Source: an uncultured Nitrososphaerota archaeon (GTDB lineage Archaea; Thermoproteota; Nitrososphaeria; Nitrososphaerales; CADDZS01). From it: a stretch of DNA of 64,000 nt. The DNA lies in contig CAWCYI010000004.1 of NCBI GenBank assembly GCA_963799845.1, forward strand, positions 1,152,001-1,216,000, read 5' to 3'. The notes under the pieces are model-generated. The model was not told the DNA's origin, did not search any database, and saw nothing but the letters and a program-made list of their open reading frames with translations. Positions 27,552-38,907 of the stretch are shown piece after piece. The position numbers and the translations under genes were made by a program. Numbering within the stretch: the first letter of the stretch is position 1; each line of letters begins with the position of its first letter.

Positions 27552-28949
27552 GTTTGGTTGTGGAAGTTTCCGAATGTGTTAAACTGAGAGTCCACGATAA
27601 ATTCGTATGCACTGAAATCCGGATAATATGTCCAGTTGATCATGACCATGTACGGCGCTGTTGAATTTGCGCCGGGAGTGTCCTGAAGACCTATTAGGGC
27701 GGTGGCTGTCAGTTCCTGAGTCTGGATATTGATTCCAATAGCGCCGAGATCCTGCTTGACGATCTGTACGACCAGCGCAGCGTAAGCGCTAGTGTACCAG
27801 TCGAGGTTGATCGTCGGGAACCCCTGTCCATTCGGATATCCGGCCTGCGCCAGTAATTTCTTGGCGTTAGAAACATTGTATGGAAGATTTTGTATTGAGC
27901 TGTTGTAATAATTGAATATGCTTGGCATTGGACCTACAACTGGCTGCGCATAACCATCGTAAACAATGGACTGGATCTGCGAGATGTTTATCGCTTCAAT
28001 CATCGCCTGCCTTACGAGAGTGTTGTTGGTTGGACTTTTCAAAGAGTCAATGTTTATCCACTCAATCGAGCCAGACGTACCGGTGTTTGGTATGTAACAG
28101 GTCGTGCACGCCGATAATACGCTCTTGATGTCGTTGAACGATACGATTGCTGATTGTACTTTTCCAGTCTCCAAATCTTCGGTCCTTGTGAGCTCATCAG
28201 TCGGGTATTGAATCAAAACCTTCGGTATCTTTGCAGGTTCCAAGATCAGATTGCTGGTCATGTTCTGCCCCCAGTAGTGAGGATTTGCGATCAGGAGAGC
28301 GTATTGATTGACAACATATGTTTGAGTGATGTAAGGAGCATCCCCAACTGTGCTGCCATTTACAGACATCCATGAGTTTGGGGTGTTGAGAGCTACGCCA
28401 CCATTTTGTTGCACAACATAGGGATCAACAAATACCCAAGGTGCCGTATCGATGCTCTCCAAGAATGCCACGAATGGATTTGTCAAATGGAACTGGACTG
28501 CGGTTGAATTCACCACGGTAACACTATTGGCAGGATTCTGCATAATTTGTAGCAACGTTGAATTGGATCCTGGAGCGTTCAGAGCATTATCGAGGGAGTT
28601 AACATCTCCGGGTGTCACTCCAGAGGTATTGAAATATGTGAAGAAGATGAAATCGGCAGCCTGGTTAATGATGAGATCTCTGTAGATATTGTACCAGACA
28701 ACGTACGCGTTGAAAGGATCTCCGTTGTCGTAGTAAACGCCTGATCGCAGGTTAAAGGTGTAAGTGAGACCGTTTGCGCTCTGACTCCAGCTATCGGATA
28801 GCACTGGGATTAGGGTCGTGCAGCTGGGATTAGCGCAGAACGTCAGAGGAAGTTGGGTGTTCTGGGCTATCTCCAGACCATTGTTATCTATTGCCGCCGC
28901 CGGATCGCCGGTCGTTGGCGCGGAACCTTCATCGACGATCAGCTCTTGA

Positions 28950-29140
28950 GTCGAGGAAGATGATGAGCTGGATGATGAGGAGCTAGAGGACGAGGAGCTT
29001 GATGAAGAAGAACTAGAAGATGAAACAGGAGAAGTTGACGACGATTGAGATGTGGTTGGGGTTTGTGAGGACGAACTCGTCACAGGTGGAGCAGAACTGG
29101 AAGACGAAGTGGTTACAGGAATAGTGGTTGTAGTGGTTGA
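28950..29140 (-). repeat. Low-complexity Ser/Thr-rich linker coding region
   Basis: Poly-Ser/Thr run encoded by mixed codons. Confidence 0.8.
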
Positions 29141-29274
29141 CTTTGGAAGTGCCACATAGATACCAGCAGCAGCGATTATTATTATGACAATAACGACGAT
29201 TGCAATAACGGCCCTTGAAACGGCTCGGTTTCTATTCTTGGAAAGATTCATTGACAATCGCCCCAAGCACGGTT

Positions 29275-29282
29275 TATTTATA
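29275..29282 (-). promoter_or_regulatory. Archaeal TATA box (TATAAATA) of the substrate-binding protein gene
   Basis: About 25-30 nt upstream of ATG 29251; overlaps the IS target duplication. Confidence 0.6.
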
Positions 29283-29283
29283 C

Positions 29284-30372
29284 TAGGAGTTACGCGGTTG
29301 ACCCAAGAAGATAGATTGGGTGTGCAATGTCACTCCTTATCGCATCTCTGACGATTCTCGCCTTCGCTTCGTACCAGCTTATCCCGGTCATCAATCTGCA
29401 CAATTCTAGACGTATGAACGCCCTTATTGACATGTGGATGTGATTCAGAATGGATGTCGCCTTCCTGACCTGAGCCCTCTCAATGCCACAACACTGCTTG
29501 ACTCCTCTGTGGTACTCCTCGATTCCCCATCCTTGGTCAGAGAGTTCATCTCTCTTTTCCTCATTCATCCCAACGTCATCGGTAGCCCAGTGTTCAATGT
29601 CTCCTTTCTTGGAGGCTGTCCTGAACACCCTGACCATTCCGAATCCCATGAGATGAACCGTGGTTCCCTCAGGCGGGATCTCCACGTCCTTGATTGGTTT
29701 GTTTCCTTTTTTTCTGCCCGTTGGATTGACGAGCCTGTTCTCCTTGAGGCGGCAGAAGAAATGCCACCCGAGCTCCCTTGCGATGAGCTTCAGATTTTCC
29801 ATGCTCGAGTACCAGCTGTCAAAGAGGACGTATTTTGGTTCCATCCCTCTCTGCTTTGCAACCAACAACATGTCCTGGAAGTGATCGTTCTTGGTGAGAC
29901 CGTCTTTTGACGCATTGTAGAGTCTAAAGTCACATGGAATGAGGGCGTTACCATCGCTCCATAGTGTTGTGATGAGATTTATCCCCTTCACCACACTGTG
30001 GTGTTTTCCGCTCCAGTGGTACGTGACGTAATCCATCTTCTCCGCGTACGGTTTGTCCAGAGTTGAATCATCGACTATCAGTACTCCTCCCGCAGTAACG
30101 GCGATGATCCTCTTCGCCTCATCCCAGAGCGCTTCTGTATCCGCAGGCAGTCTCTCCAGAAGGCGGGTGAAGCTATCGTGTGCTGGCGGCGTGACTCCTG
30201 CATCATCATCAGGCTGACATCTAGCAGCTTCGGTGCAAGCGAATGATTTCTGGGATGCTATCAGGAAGTCTATGTAGTCATTGTCATCGCATTTTGGAGG
30301 GTTCATGCAGCGTCTGATGAACCAGAGAAACAATCCTGGCCAAATTCTTTTCGGCCAAATGCGTAACTCCTA
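29284..30372 (-). mobile_element. IS701-family insertion sequence (1089 bp)
   Basis: 12-bp IRs TAGGAGTTACGC (29284-29295) / GCGTAACTCCTA (30361-30372); 5-bp direct repeat TATAC at 29279-29283 and 30373-30377. Confidence 0.9.
29290..30306 (-). CDS. IS701-family DDE transposase
   Basis: HDSFTRLL, LIVDDSTLDKPY, VLFDSWY, WGIEEYHRGVKQ; ATG 30306 (MNPPKC). Confidence 0.88.
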   Translation of the reverse strand: MNPPKCDDNDYIDFLIASQKSFACTEAARCQPDDDAGVTPPAHDSFTRLLERLPADTEALWDEAKRIIAVTAGGVLIVDDSTLDKPYAEKMDYVTYHWSGKHHSVVKGINLITTLWSDGNALIPCDFRLYNASKDGLTKNDHFQDMLLVAKQRGMEPKYVLFDSWYSSMENLKLIARELGWHFFCRLKENRLVNPTGRKKGNKPIKDVEIPPEGTTVHLMGFGMVRVFRTASKKGDIEHWATDDVGMNEEKRDELSDQGWGIEEYHRGVKQCCGIERAQVRKATSILNHIHMSIRAFIRLELCRLMTGISWYEAKARIVRDAIRSDIAHPIYLLGSTA

Positions 30373-30507
30373 TATACTTTGAAGACTCAGGCACGCTCAA
30401 TATTTTGCCGCAGTAATCGTTTCGAGGATCAGAAGGATTTCACCTAAGAATTGAATTCGTCACGAGCTTTATCGACTTTGGGAAAAAGATTCTTGGTTTG
30501 TAACACA

Positions 30508-31597
30508 TCAAGCGATAGTGTACTTTACGAACTCACTTTCACACGGATTGCCATGAGCGATCCAGGCTTCCCTCTTTTCTGGATTGTAGATCATTCCATC
30601 CAGCGTCCTGCTCCAGTGAGCCTTCGTCCTCTTTTCGTTCACGTGTGCGCAGATCATGTCGGGACGGTTTTCATGGTCTCGCAGAAAGTCTTCGAGCAAT
30701 GACAGGTTCAGTCTGCCCTTGTTCTCCTCGATCAAGTTTCCCATCCTCTCGCACCTGGATTTGCTGTTTTTCATGTAAGCATCGCTTTTAGATTCCGTAA
30801 ATCCTTCAACGGGGCAAAAGATGTAGTGGTTCGCGTGATACAGGATATCGTCAGAGCGGGTGGTCTCTATCTTCTTCGGATTTGCTTCCACATTCGCAAC
30901 TCCCTTGGGGGTTCCCATCACAAAATTCAACGCGAAAGCCCTATCTGCTCTTTCGATCGCTTCAACCGCCCCATCGATGTCCTTCTGATTGAACACTTCC
31001 CTGACCACGCAGAGCATCGGAACTCCAATTTTCGGCTCGTCAAATCCAAGTGCGTTTATGCAAAGGCTCAGTCCTGCGGAATTTATCCCCATCATTGCTG
31101 GGGCCCCCGCGTAAGTGTAAATTAGGGCGTTGGGAGCATCCTTCTGGTTGACACGGGTAAGCGTGGTACAATCGCCGTCGAGCCACGGGTCTATCCCTTC
31201 GTCATTATTCTGACCGACATACGTAAGTCCGTCTGACGTCAGCTCCGTTTCGAACAGCAAATGACGTGCAGGCTTTGGCTAACTTGGGATAGAACACCTC
31301 GTTGAACGCCGCTATCAGCATGATTTCGTCCAGTTTCAAACCAGAGCCTTCCGCAACACCCTCCAGCTCCATCGCGATATCTTCGGAATAATCCCGGGTC
31401 GGCGCTATGTATTTCGAAGCCGATCTCAGAGCTTCGTCTCTCGAAGTATTGAGGTAGGTATTGTAAAAATCATAATGAGAATTTACCAGGCGCTTGACAA
31501 GTGCTGCGTGGTACGAACCGTATTGGTAGCCCCTCTCGCTCGCGCTGCCGCTTACTTCGAGGACTTTGTAGGGTTTTACGTTGAGGAGCTGGGTCAT
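30508..31597 (-). CDS. Peptidase C45 (acyl-CoA:6-APA acyltransferase-like Ntn hydrolase); apparent frameshift near 31245
   Basis: G...ERG.QYG, EL.G.AEG, ACTSFAV / GQNND, GINSAGL...N, HANH. Confidence 0.85.
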
Positions 31598-31696
31598 TGA
31601 CTTGAAGAACGGGTTTTGAATATTTACGGGTTTCCAATTTTTTACAGACTAATCCCAAGACTTAACTTCACCACTTTCTCCGAAAAATGACGCAAA

Positions 31697-32733
31697 TGGA
31701 AAAAGAAGTCAATGCGGCGAGGTTACGGTTCAAACGTTCCTCTGAAAATGGAGCAAACGCGTCTCAAGGAAATGGGCGACAATGATGTTTTCGTGGAGAT
31801 TAAGGCAGCTGGGATATGTCATTCCGAGCTGCACACGTTACACGGGCGAATGACTCCAACTTTTACGCCGATAACCTTGGGGCACGAAGCGTTAGGGGTG
31901 ATAGTTGATAAGGGCAAGAACGTATCCAATGTCAAGATCGGGGATCGGGTCGGCGTCGATTACGTGCTGAGTTGTGGTTTGTGTCGGTATTGCGTGGCAG
32001 GAAAGGATAATCTGTGCGACAACTTTTCGGTGATGGCGATCAATGCAGACGGATCGTGGGCTGAAGCCGTCGTAGTCCCATCCCGACATGTCCACAACCT
32101 CCCAGGCAATCTTGAATTTCCTGAAGGTGCGATCATGAACTGCTCCGTTTTTACGGCATATCACGCCAACAAGCTCGCGGAAGTTTCGCCGGTGACAGCG
32201 TACTTGTGTACGGTCTGGGCGGCGTCGGCATTAGCGTACTCCAGTGGGCGAAGATTTTTGGGGCGAATGAAATCGTCGCGCTTGATTTTGAAGAGGGAAA
32301 GCTCCGTCTTGCAAAAGAAAAGGGTGCAACGAAGACTTTCAGCCCCAAGAATTCCGGAGATCCGGTCAAAGAACTCAAGGAAATGACAAATGGCGGAGTC
32401 GATATTGCGTTCGAAGTTATAGGGCGCGCCGACACGACTAGGAAAACCATCGAGTGTGTAGGAAAAGGAGGCAAGGCGGTACTTGTGGGGATGTGTTTCG
32501 AGAATTGGCCGATGAATACTGTGAACGACCTGCAAGTATCCGAGATTAAAATGATGAGCCCGCAGGATCATCTGAAATCTGAAATTCCTCAGATACTGAA
32601 GTTCATTGAATCGGGGCGCTTTGATCTGAAGAACGTAGTGACCCACAGGATTTCGCTGAATGACGTAAACAGGGGTGTCGAGATTCTGGACAAAAGGATC
32701 AGCAATCCCGGAAGGATAGTGATGGAACCGTGA
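31697..32733 (+). CDS. Zn-dependent alcohol dehydrogenase (MDR); apparent frameshifts near 31727 and 32195
   Basis: GICHSE, GHE, CGLCRYC...C, then YGLGGVG in the second frame. Confidence 0.85.
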
Positions 32734-32913
32734 AATTACGGATCGAAAGGGTTCAAAGTATCAACGGGACGCAATCCACGAACTTGCTTTGAAATCCGAT
32801 TAGATCGAAAAAATCAAGTCAATCAGATATTCATAAAAATATCACAGAATTTCGAGTTTTTCGATCTTTAACAATGGACTCTAATTCCAAAGTTTCCGGG
32901 GACGAAAATTTCA

Positions 32914-33148
32914 ATGCTGAGAATTCTGAAAAGACAGAGAAGGATGAGCGTGTCCAAAGCCGCGGATTTCACCGGGTTCGAGGCTGAAAGATGCAAGTCA
33001 GCATTCGAGAACTTCTCTGGAAAGAATTTTGTTTACTTTTGAATCAGATGAATATTGGATTACTTCCGAAGGCGAGGGATATCTAGCGTACTCAAAATCT
33101 TTCAAAGATCCAGCGACAAGGATGCTCGATTCCGGCAATAGGCCCTAG
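32914..33148 (+). CDS. Possible small winged-helix protein with a frameshift in a T-run near 33040
   Basis: MLRILKRQRRMSVSKAADFTG...KNFVYF / ESDEYWITSEGEGYL. Confidence 0.35.
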
Positions 33149-33205
33149 CTCCGGGGTTTATCTCTAGCTAACGGTGTTCCGTCTGCGTTCAGCATTAGCT
33201 GGCAG

Positions 33206-35170
33206 TTATGTAATGTTCGCATCTCTGAGAATCTTCGCGAACCTCGGGTCTTGGCGAAAACTATCAAATAAGCACAAGTAGCGGAGCAGATACTGACCAA
33301 CAGTCTTTTCCCTGACGGCGATCTCTAGGTACTCGAAAAACTTGTCTGGATCGTTCAAACCCGCGTACACACAAGCGATGCTCTCACTCCCAACAAAATT
33401 TTCAGATCTAGTTTTCAATAGCTCGTTCAATATCTTCTTTGCCTCGTCGGTTTCTCCCTTTATCGCGCAAGCGTATCCCAATACTCCCATCAACCGCGAA
33501 TGACCTGGCGAGAATACCAAGCCTCTTTTCAATTCTCTTTTCGCTTCGTCCAGTCTTGAGAATTTGATGAGCCATATCGATCTCCAGAGATATAACACGA
33601 AGAACCCAGGCTCAAACTTCAGAGTATCTTCCCACTGACGCCAAGCTTCCTCATTCATTCCCGAATCGAGATACATGGAGCCGAGAACGGTTCGAATTAT
33701 TGGAGACAGAGGATCGGCCCTCAGTGCTATTTTCATCTCTTCAACCGCTTCACGTGGTCTTCCCAAACTGCTCAGGCATATAGCATACCAGTGATGGGCG
33801 GAAGCGTAGTTGGGATTAAGTGATATTGCCAACTTGTACTCTTTTTCCGCATTCACCTGGTCGTAATCATGCTCAAGAGATGACGCGAGGACGGTATGTG
33901 CTTCGACAAGATTGCGATCGATTTCGAGCGCTTTTTTCGAGTACTCTCGCGCTCTCGGGAGTACTTCCGCAGCTGGCATTTGTCCATAATCGAGTAAAAC
34001 AAGGTAGCATGCAGCTAATCCTGAGTAGGCAAGTGCAAACCTCGTGTCTTTCCCAATAGCGAGCTCGAAGAGGTGAATTGCTTCCTTAATCGCCGCGGGT
34101 GTTCGCTCATACATCTTCTGTGCCGCTTTCATGTACAACGTATATGCGTCCAAGCTTTCAGTGGCTTTGCTTTCTACTCGTTTCACTTCGTCTTTGACTA
34201 GCCTCACTTGCAAAACGTCGGCAACGCGCTTTGCGATGTCGCTCTGGATCGCAAATACATCGTCGAGCTTCCTATCATACGAATCTGACCAGACATGATT
34301 GCTCGTCCGCGCGTCTATCAACTGGGTCGTGACCCGCAGTCTATCGCCAGCCATCCGAACGCTTCCTTCCAAAACGGATCCGACCTCAAGCTCCCGGCCG
34401 ATTTCATCGATCCCTTTGTTTGCATTCTTATAACGAATAACAGATGTCCTTGCAATTACTTGCAGACCGCTGATCTTTGAAATGGTCGATATGAGCTCCT
34501 CCGTCATCCCATCGCTAAAGTATGCGTCGTTTGGATTCGGACTGATGTTGTCAAATGGGAGGACTGCGATTCTTCGTTTGTCCAATCCAGTTCTCTCCTG
34601 AGAATCCTTTCGATTTTTCTCCCATGGCAGGATTATTTTGTAGATCTCTGTGGCAAACTTGACATTCTTCAGATCTGATCGCTCTAAACGTTCAAGAGGA
34701 AGATCTGTCTTGTTGTGCACCTGATCGTAGACCTGCTCAGAAATGCAAATTCCCTCAGGATCGGCCAGCGGTTGAATTCTGGATGCGATGTTGACTGCAT
34801 CACCGAGGACATCATTTGATTTGTGTACCACGTCTCCCAGATGAATTCCAATCCTGAGCTTGATCTTCCAATCGTCTCGCGAGGATACGTTGTAATCGTG
34901 GAGAAACTCCTGGATCTCCACGGCACACCGGGTTGCATCCAGTGCACTGTCAAACTCTGCAAGGAAAGCATCGCCGATAGTTTTGATTTCGCGTCCGTTG
35001 TGTTTTGGAAAGATTGGGCGAAGAATCCTGTTGTGCCGTTCCAGAACATCCAGGGCTCGAGTTTCATCCGATTGTGTGAGCGCCGTGTATCCCACAATGT
35101 CGGTAAACATGATAGCAGCGAGCTTGCGTTCTCCTGCTCTGGCATCAGACAAAATAACGCTACCTCTCAC
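33206..35170 (-). CDS. Class III adenylate/guanylate cyclase domain + TolB-like domain + TPR repeats
   Basis: AAIMFTDIVGYT, KTIGDA, RIGIHLGDV, GDAVNIASR, IAVLPF.N...YFSDG.TEELI, TPR helices. Confidence 0.92.
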   Translation of the reverse strand: MRGSVILSDARAGERKLAAIMFTDIVGYTALTQSDETRALDVLERHNRILRPIFPKHNGREIKTIGDAFLAEFDSALDATRCAVEIQEFLHDYNVSSRDDWKIKLRIGIHLGDVVHKSNDVLGDAVNIASRIQPLADPEGICISEQVYDQVHNKTDLPLERLERSDLKNVKFATEIYKIILPWEKNRKDSQERTGLDKRRIAVLPFDNISPNPNDAYFSDGMTEELISTISKISGLQVIARTSVIRYKNANKGIDEIGRELEVGSVLEGSVRMAGDRLRVTTQLIDARTSNHVWSDSYDRKLDDVFAIQSDIAKRVADVLQVRLVKDEVKRVESKATESLDAYTLYMKAAQKMYERTPAAIKEAIHLFELAIGKDTRFALAYSGLAACYLVLLDYGQMPAAEVLPRAREYSKKALEIDRNLVEAHTVLASSLEHDYDQVNAEKEYKLAISLNPNYASAHHWYAICLSSLGRPREAVEEMKIALRADPLSPIIRTVLGSMYLDSGMNEEAWRQWEDTLKFEPGFFVLYLWRSIWLIKFSRLDEAKRELKRGLVFSPGHSRLMGVLGYACAIKGETDEAKKILNELLKTRSENFVGSESIACVYAGLNDPDKFFEYLEIAVREKTVGQYLLRYLCLFDSFRQDPRFAKILRDANIT

Positions 35171-35274
35171 TGAATTTCTCTGTGGTTTAGATAAAATCCT
35201 TTTAGTCTGTCTCTCGTCATCGGGGAAACCTTCAATACTTCAGAGCAAGGGACGATTTTCAAAGATTAAACTTC

Positions 35275-36516
35275 TTGGTGTTGGATGAACAAATGTCGCA
35301 AGGAATCAATGAAAAACTCTGGAAGAACGAGCACTGGTGGACCAGTCCCTACAACTTCGTGGAGGAGGTCAGGAGGAACTCTCATTTTGCAACATCAATC
35401 GAGCTCCACGACGTGACGCTCCGTGACGGAGAGCAGACGCCCGGAGTTGTTTTCTCCAAAGACGACAAGCTTCGAATAGCGATGAAACTGGACGAAGCGA
35501 AGGTCCAGAGAATAGAAGCTGGCATGCCGGTTGTTTCTGACGAGGACAAACAGGCGATCAAAGAGATCGTGAAGAACACCTCTTTTTCCAAGATCTTTGC
35601 ATTCTGCCGTGCCCGGAAGCAGGACATCGATGCAGCTATCGGCTGTGATGTCTCCTCCGTCATCATCGAAATTCCAGTATTGAAGGAGCGCCTCGCGGTC
35701 ATGGGGACGGCGGTCGAGAAAGCTTCCGCGGATGCAATTGGTGTAATCGAGTACGCGAAGCAGCACGGAATATTTGTGGTCTTTTTCCCGTACGACACGA
35801 CGCGGGCCGACCTCGACTCGATCAGAATTATGATGAAGGCGGGGGAATCCGCCCATGCTGATAGGCTTGCCGTCGTCGATACGATGAGCGCTTCCTCGCC
35901 TGAGGGATTTTCCTATCTCGTTAGAAAGGTCAAAGACATGGTCAGCCTCCCGCTCGAAGTTCACTGCCATAACTCGCTAAGTCTGGGCGTTGCAAATACC
36001 CTCGCGGGACTCTCCGTGGGCGCAAAGGCGGCGCACGTTTCCGTCAATGGGATCGGTGAAAGTGCGGGAAACGTGGCTCTTGAGGAGGTCGTCATGTCGC
36101 TGTTACTCCTTTACGGCATCGATTGCGGTATCGATCTCATGAAACTGCACGAAGCCTCCATTTTAGTATCCGAGCTTTCAAAAATTCCCATACCCGTCAA
36201 CAAACCCGTGCTCGGGAGGAATATTTTCAGGAGGGAGAGCGGGATCGCAGTCGAGCGATACTATAAGATGCCTGAGCTAGCAAGACAACTGGAACTGTTC
36301 GATCCGAGCTGGTTTGCCGACGAGACCGAGATTGTGCTCGGCAAGAAAAGTGGAAAGTACTCAATCATGTACCACCTGCGGAAGAAGGGAATCGAAGCAA
36401 GCGAAGAGCAGGTCAATGAGATGCTTGCGAAGGTCAAACAAAAATCGATGGAGAAAAAGAACCTGGTAACGGACGAGGAATTCGATGAAATTGTTTCGGC
36501 GGTACTGAAAAATTAG
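35275..36516 (+). CDS. Homocitrate/isopropylmalate synthase family (DRE-TIM) protein
   Basis: DVTLRDGEQTPG, IEAG.P, HCHN, NGIGE.AGN..LEE, P.NKP..G, LGKKSG. Confidence 0.88.
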   Translation: MVLDEQMSQGINEKLWKNEHWWTSPYNFVEEVRRNSHFATSIELHDVTLRDGEQTPGVVFSKDDKLRIAMKLDEAKVQRIEAGMPVVSDEDKQAIKEIVKNTSFSKIFAFCRARKQDIDAAIGCDVSSVIIEIPVLKERLAVMGTAVEKASADAIGVIEYAKQHGIFVVFFPYDTTRADLDSIRIMMKAGESAHADRLAVVDTMSASSPEGFSYLVRKVKDMVSLPLEVHCHNSLSLGVANTLAGLSVGAKAAHVSVNGIGESAGNVALEEVVMSLLLLYGIDCGIDLMKLHEASILVSELSKIPIPVNKPVLGRNIFRRESGIAVERYYKMPELARQLELFDPSWFADETEIVLGKKSGKYSIMYHLRKKGIEASEEQVNEMLAKVKQKSMEKKNLVTDEEFDEIVSAVLKN

Positions 36517-36532
36517 GGCATAGTGTGATTAG

Positions 36533-37699
36533 TTGCAGATCAAAAGTGTAGAATCGCACGTTGTTCACTCTCAGGACACGACTAAAGGTATGCAGCATGA
36601 GCCAAATGTTGGAGGCCATTCTGGTTACTTTGTTCTAGTCCACATAAAGACAGATGAAGAGGTTGATGGATGGGGCGAGTGCGCGACAGGAAGCGACTTT
36701 GGAGAGGCCGCCTTTGCCGCAAGGGCCATAATCGAGAAAGGATTTGCCAGAAGATTAATCGACAAAGATCCGCTTGAGTACAGAAAGTTATGGGAAGTGC
36801 TCTACGCTTCAACCGAGAATTATGGACGTAGAGATCTGGGTGTCCTGGCACTGAGCGGGGTAGATACTGCCCTGGTAGATGTTGCCGCAAAAAAGTATGA
36901 AGTCCCGGCGTGTGTGTTGTTAGGTGGTCGATACAATGAAGAAGTTCCGCTTTACGCGAGTCTCCTCTTTGACATGGACGACCCAGTTGGGACTGCTGTG
37001 AAGGGAAAAAAATACCTCAGCGAGAATTACGCCGGGATAAAGTTTGGCTGGGGCATGGTTCCGTCAAAACCATTTGGCAAGAATCTCAAGGCTGACGAAG
37101 CAATGGTAAAAACGATCCGTGAGACTTTAGGCTATGATATCAAGCTCATGATAGATGTGGGAAGGTACGTCAACCTGTCTTCGTCGCAGGTGCTGAAAAT
37201 GGCGAGCGCTTTTGAGAAATATGACATCACTTGGCTCGAGGAACCACTGCCGAGGGACGACATTGATGGGTATCGAGTGATCTCTCGCAGGTCGCCGATT
37301 CCGATTGCAGCCGGCGAAGGTTACCGAACGATGCATGATTTTAGGCGGTCAATTACGAGGGGGGAAGTCAATCTGTTGCAACCCGACGTTAGCAAAGCCG
37401 GTGGTCTCTCAGAGACGAAAAGGATAGTGGAGATGGCACATGATTTTAACGTCCCGTGGGTTCCGCACAACTGGAGCACTGCTTTGAACTCGGCGGCAAC
37501 ACTTCACCTTGTGGCTTCCTCAATTGATGCATACCTGATGGAGTTTAAGCAGGAGCTGAATCCTCTAATTCAAGAGATCGCGAAACGTGGGGAAGAAATA
37601 TTTTCAGTCCGTGGTGGAAAAATGCGTGTGCCATCCGGCCTAGGATTGGGAATTGAAATCGATGAAGATGCTGTTGCGAAGTACGAAGTATCCCGGTAA
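36533..37699 (+). CDS. Mandelate racemase/muconate lactonizing enzyme family protein
   Basis: G.GE, SGVDTAL.D, WLEEP, AAGE, QPDVSKAGG, PH.W. Confidence 0.9.
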   Translation: MQIKSVESHVVHSQDTTKGMQHEPNVGGHSGYFVLVHIKTDEEVDGWGECATGSDFGEAAFAARAIIEKGFARRLIDKDPLEYRKLWEVLYASTENYGRRDLGVLALSGVDTALVDVAAKKYEVPACVLLGGRYNEEVPLYASLLFDMDDPVGTAVKGKKYLSENYAGIKFGWGMVPSKPFGKNLKADEAMVKTIRETLGYDIKLMIDVGRYVNLSSSQVLKMASAFEKYDITWLEEPLPRDDIDGYRVISRRSPIPIAAGEGYRTMHDFRRSITRGEVNLLQPDVSKAGGLSETKRIVEMAHDFNVPWVPHNWSTALNSAATLHLVASSIDAYLMEFKQELNPLIQEIAKRGEEIFSVRGGKMRVPSGLGLGIEIDEDAVAKYEVSR

Positions 37700-37737
37700 A
37701 CTGTGAGATCTGTCTTGTTCTTTAATCGTAATTTGGT

Positions 37738-38733
37738 CTAACTGCTCTTCACGTGCGGAATGACCTTCTCCATCAGGGTCTGCATGCTGACGTTGGGATT
37801 TCGGCCTTCGTCGGCGAAAACAATGTAATTTAGATCTGCCTCTACGAGATTCTGTAAGGGCTCGATGAGATCCTCTGCCCTGGAAACGAGATGATGGTGT
37901 GAGATTATCAATTCATTTGGGGCGCGTGAACCAAGCTCTTGAATTTTCCTTGGATCCATTTCGTTCCTAGCCGCATCAATTAGACCCATCGCGGCCGCAC
38001 CATTTTTCATCATTCGGACCAGCCGTTCGACATCTCCGATCGCGAACTCGAACGTTCCGATCTTGAGAGCCTTTGAAGGGTCTCGGCCGGTTTTTCGCAT
38101 CGCCCTTTCAAATTCGGGAATTATTTCGTTCTTGATCTTCGCGGGGTCGCTGACCGTCGTAATCAGGTGATCCCCAAGCGCACCCGCAATTCGTGCCGCA
38201 TATTTTCCTCGTGCAGACACAATGATTGGAATTTTTCGAGATGATCTAGTATACAAGAACACTTTCTGAACCTTGAAGTATTTACCATCCCAGTCGAAAT
38301 AATCCTCAGAATCCCAGAGTTTTCTTATGAGTTCTAGTCCCTCCTTCATACGTTCTCCCCTCTCTTTCCACTCAGGCCACCTTCCCATGAACCTGTACTC
38401 ACTCATTGCCTGTCCTGTTCCAACTCCCAACTGGAATCTGCCGGGAAACATGTTGTCTAGAGTTGCCGCGTTCTGAGCAATTATCAAGGGATGATACCTC
38501 CCTCCTATTGGAATCGTCACGCTGGGGCCTATCTTAATCTCGCTTGTTCTTGCTAATGCGACCCCGAGCCAGGGCCAAACCGCAGGAGCCTGCGCGTCGG
38601 TGTGAAACCAAGGCAAAAAGTGATCACCCATCCACACGGAATCGTAACCAAGTTTCTCGGCAACCTGTGCGGACTCGACATGTTCCATCGGCTGGAACCA
38701 TCCACCGTCAAGATCGAAACCAAACTTGAGCAT
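37738..38733 (-). CDS. LLM-class F420-dependent oxidoreductase (Fgd/Adf-like)
   Basis: DHFLPWFHT, RYHPLIIAQ..ATL..MFPGRF.LGVGTG. Confidence 0.85.
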   Translation of the reverse strand: MLKFGFDLDGGWFQPMEHVESAQVAEKLGYDSVWMGDHFLPWFHTDAQAPAVWPWLGVALARTSEIKIGPSVTIPIGGRYHPLIIAQNAATLDNMFPGRFQLGVGTGQAMSEYRFMGRWPEWKERGERMKEGLELIRKLWDSEDYFDWDGKYFKVQKVFLYTRSSRKIPIIVSARGKYAARIAGALGDHLITTVSDPAKIKNEIIPEFERAMRKTGRDPSKALKIGTFEFAIGDVERLVRMMKNGAAAMGLIDAARNEMDPRKIQELGSRAPNELIISHHHLVSRAEDLIEPLQNLVEADLNYIVFADEGRNPNVSMQTLMEKVIPHVKSS

Positions 38734-38907
38734 TTTGATCCGTCCTAATTGTCGAGCAGGGTAATCGTTGATCTAATAAAATTAATCGTGAATGAGCAAA
38801 GTCAAAAGTCCACAACCAGTATTTTTCAAAGATTGTCCGGTTGCATAATTAGAAGAATGTAAGAAAGCAAGGGAGCCCAGAGGGCTCCAAGTTACGTCAA
38901 TGGAGAG

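Larger units (their letters stand above)
27530..29251 (-). pseudogene. Family 5 ABC peptide substrate-binding protein, 5' part, truncated by the insertion (stop TAA inside the TIR)
   Basis: N-terminal TM, Ser/Thr linker, W..S.NGLTYTF.LR.GV...G.PFNA, VRQA...AIN, AKKLL.QAGYP.G; ends abruptly ...TIAN-RLD*. Confidence 0.9.

Noticed and set aside
28950-29140. Ser-rich tract as a DNA tandem repeat or contingency locus
   Set aside because: Codons are mixed; typical low-complexity linker of archaeal binding proteins
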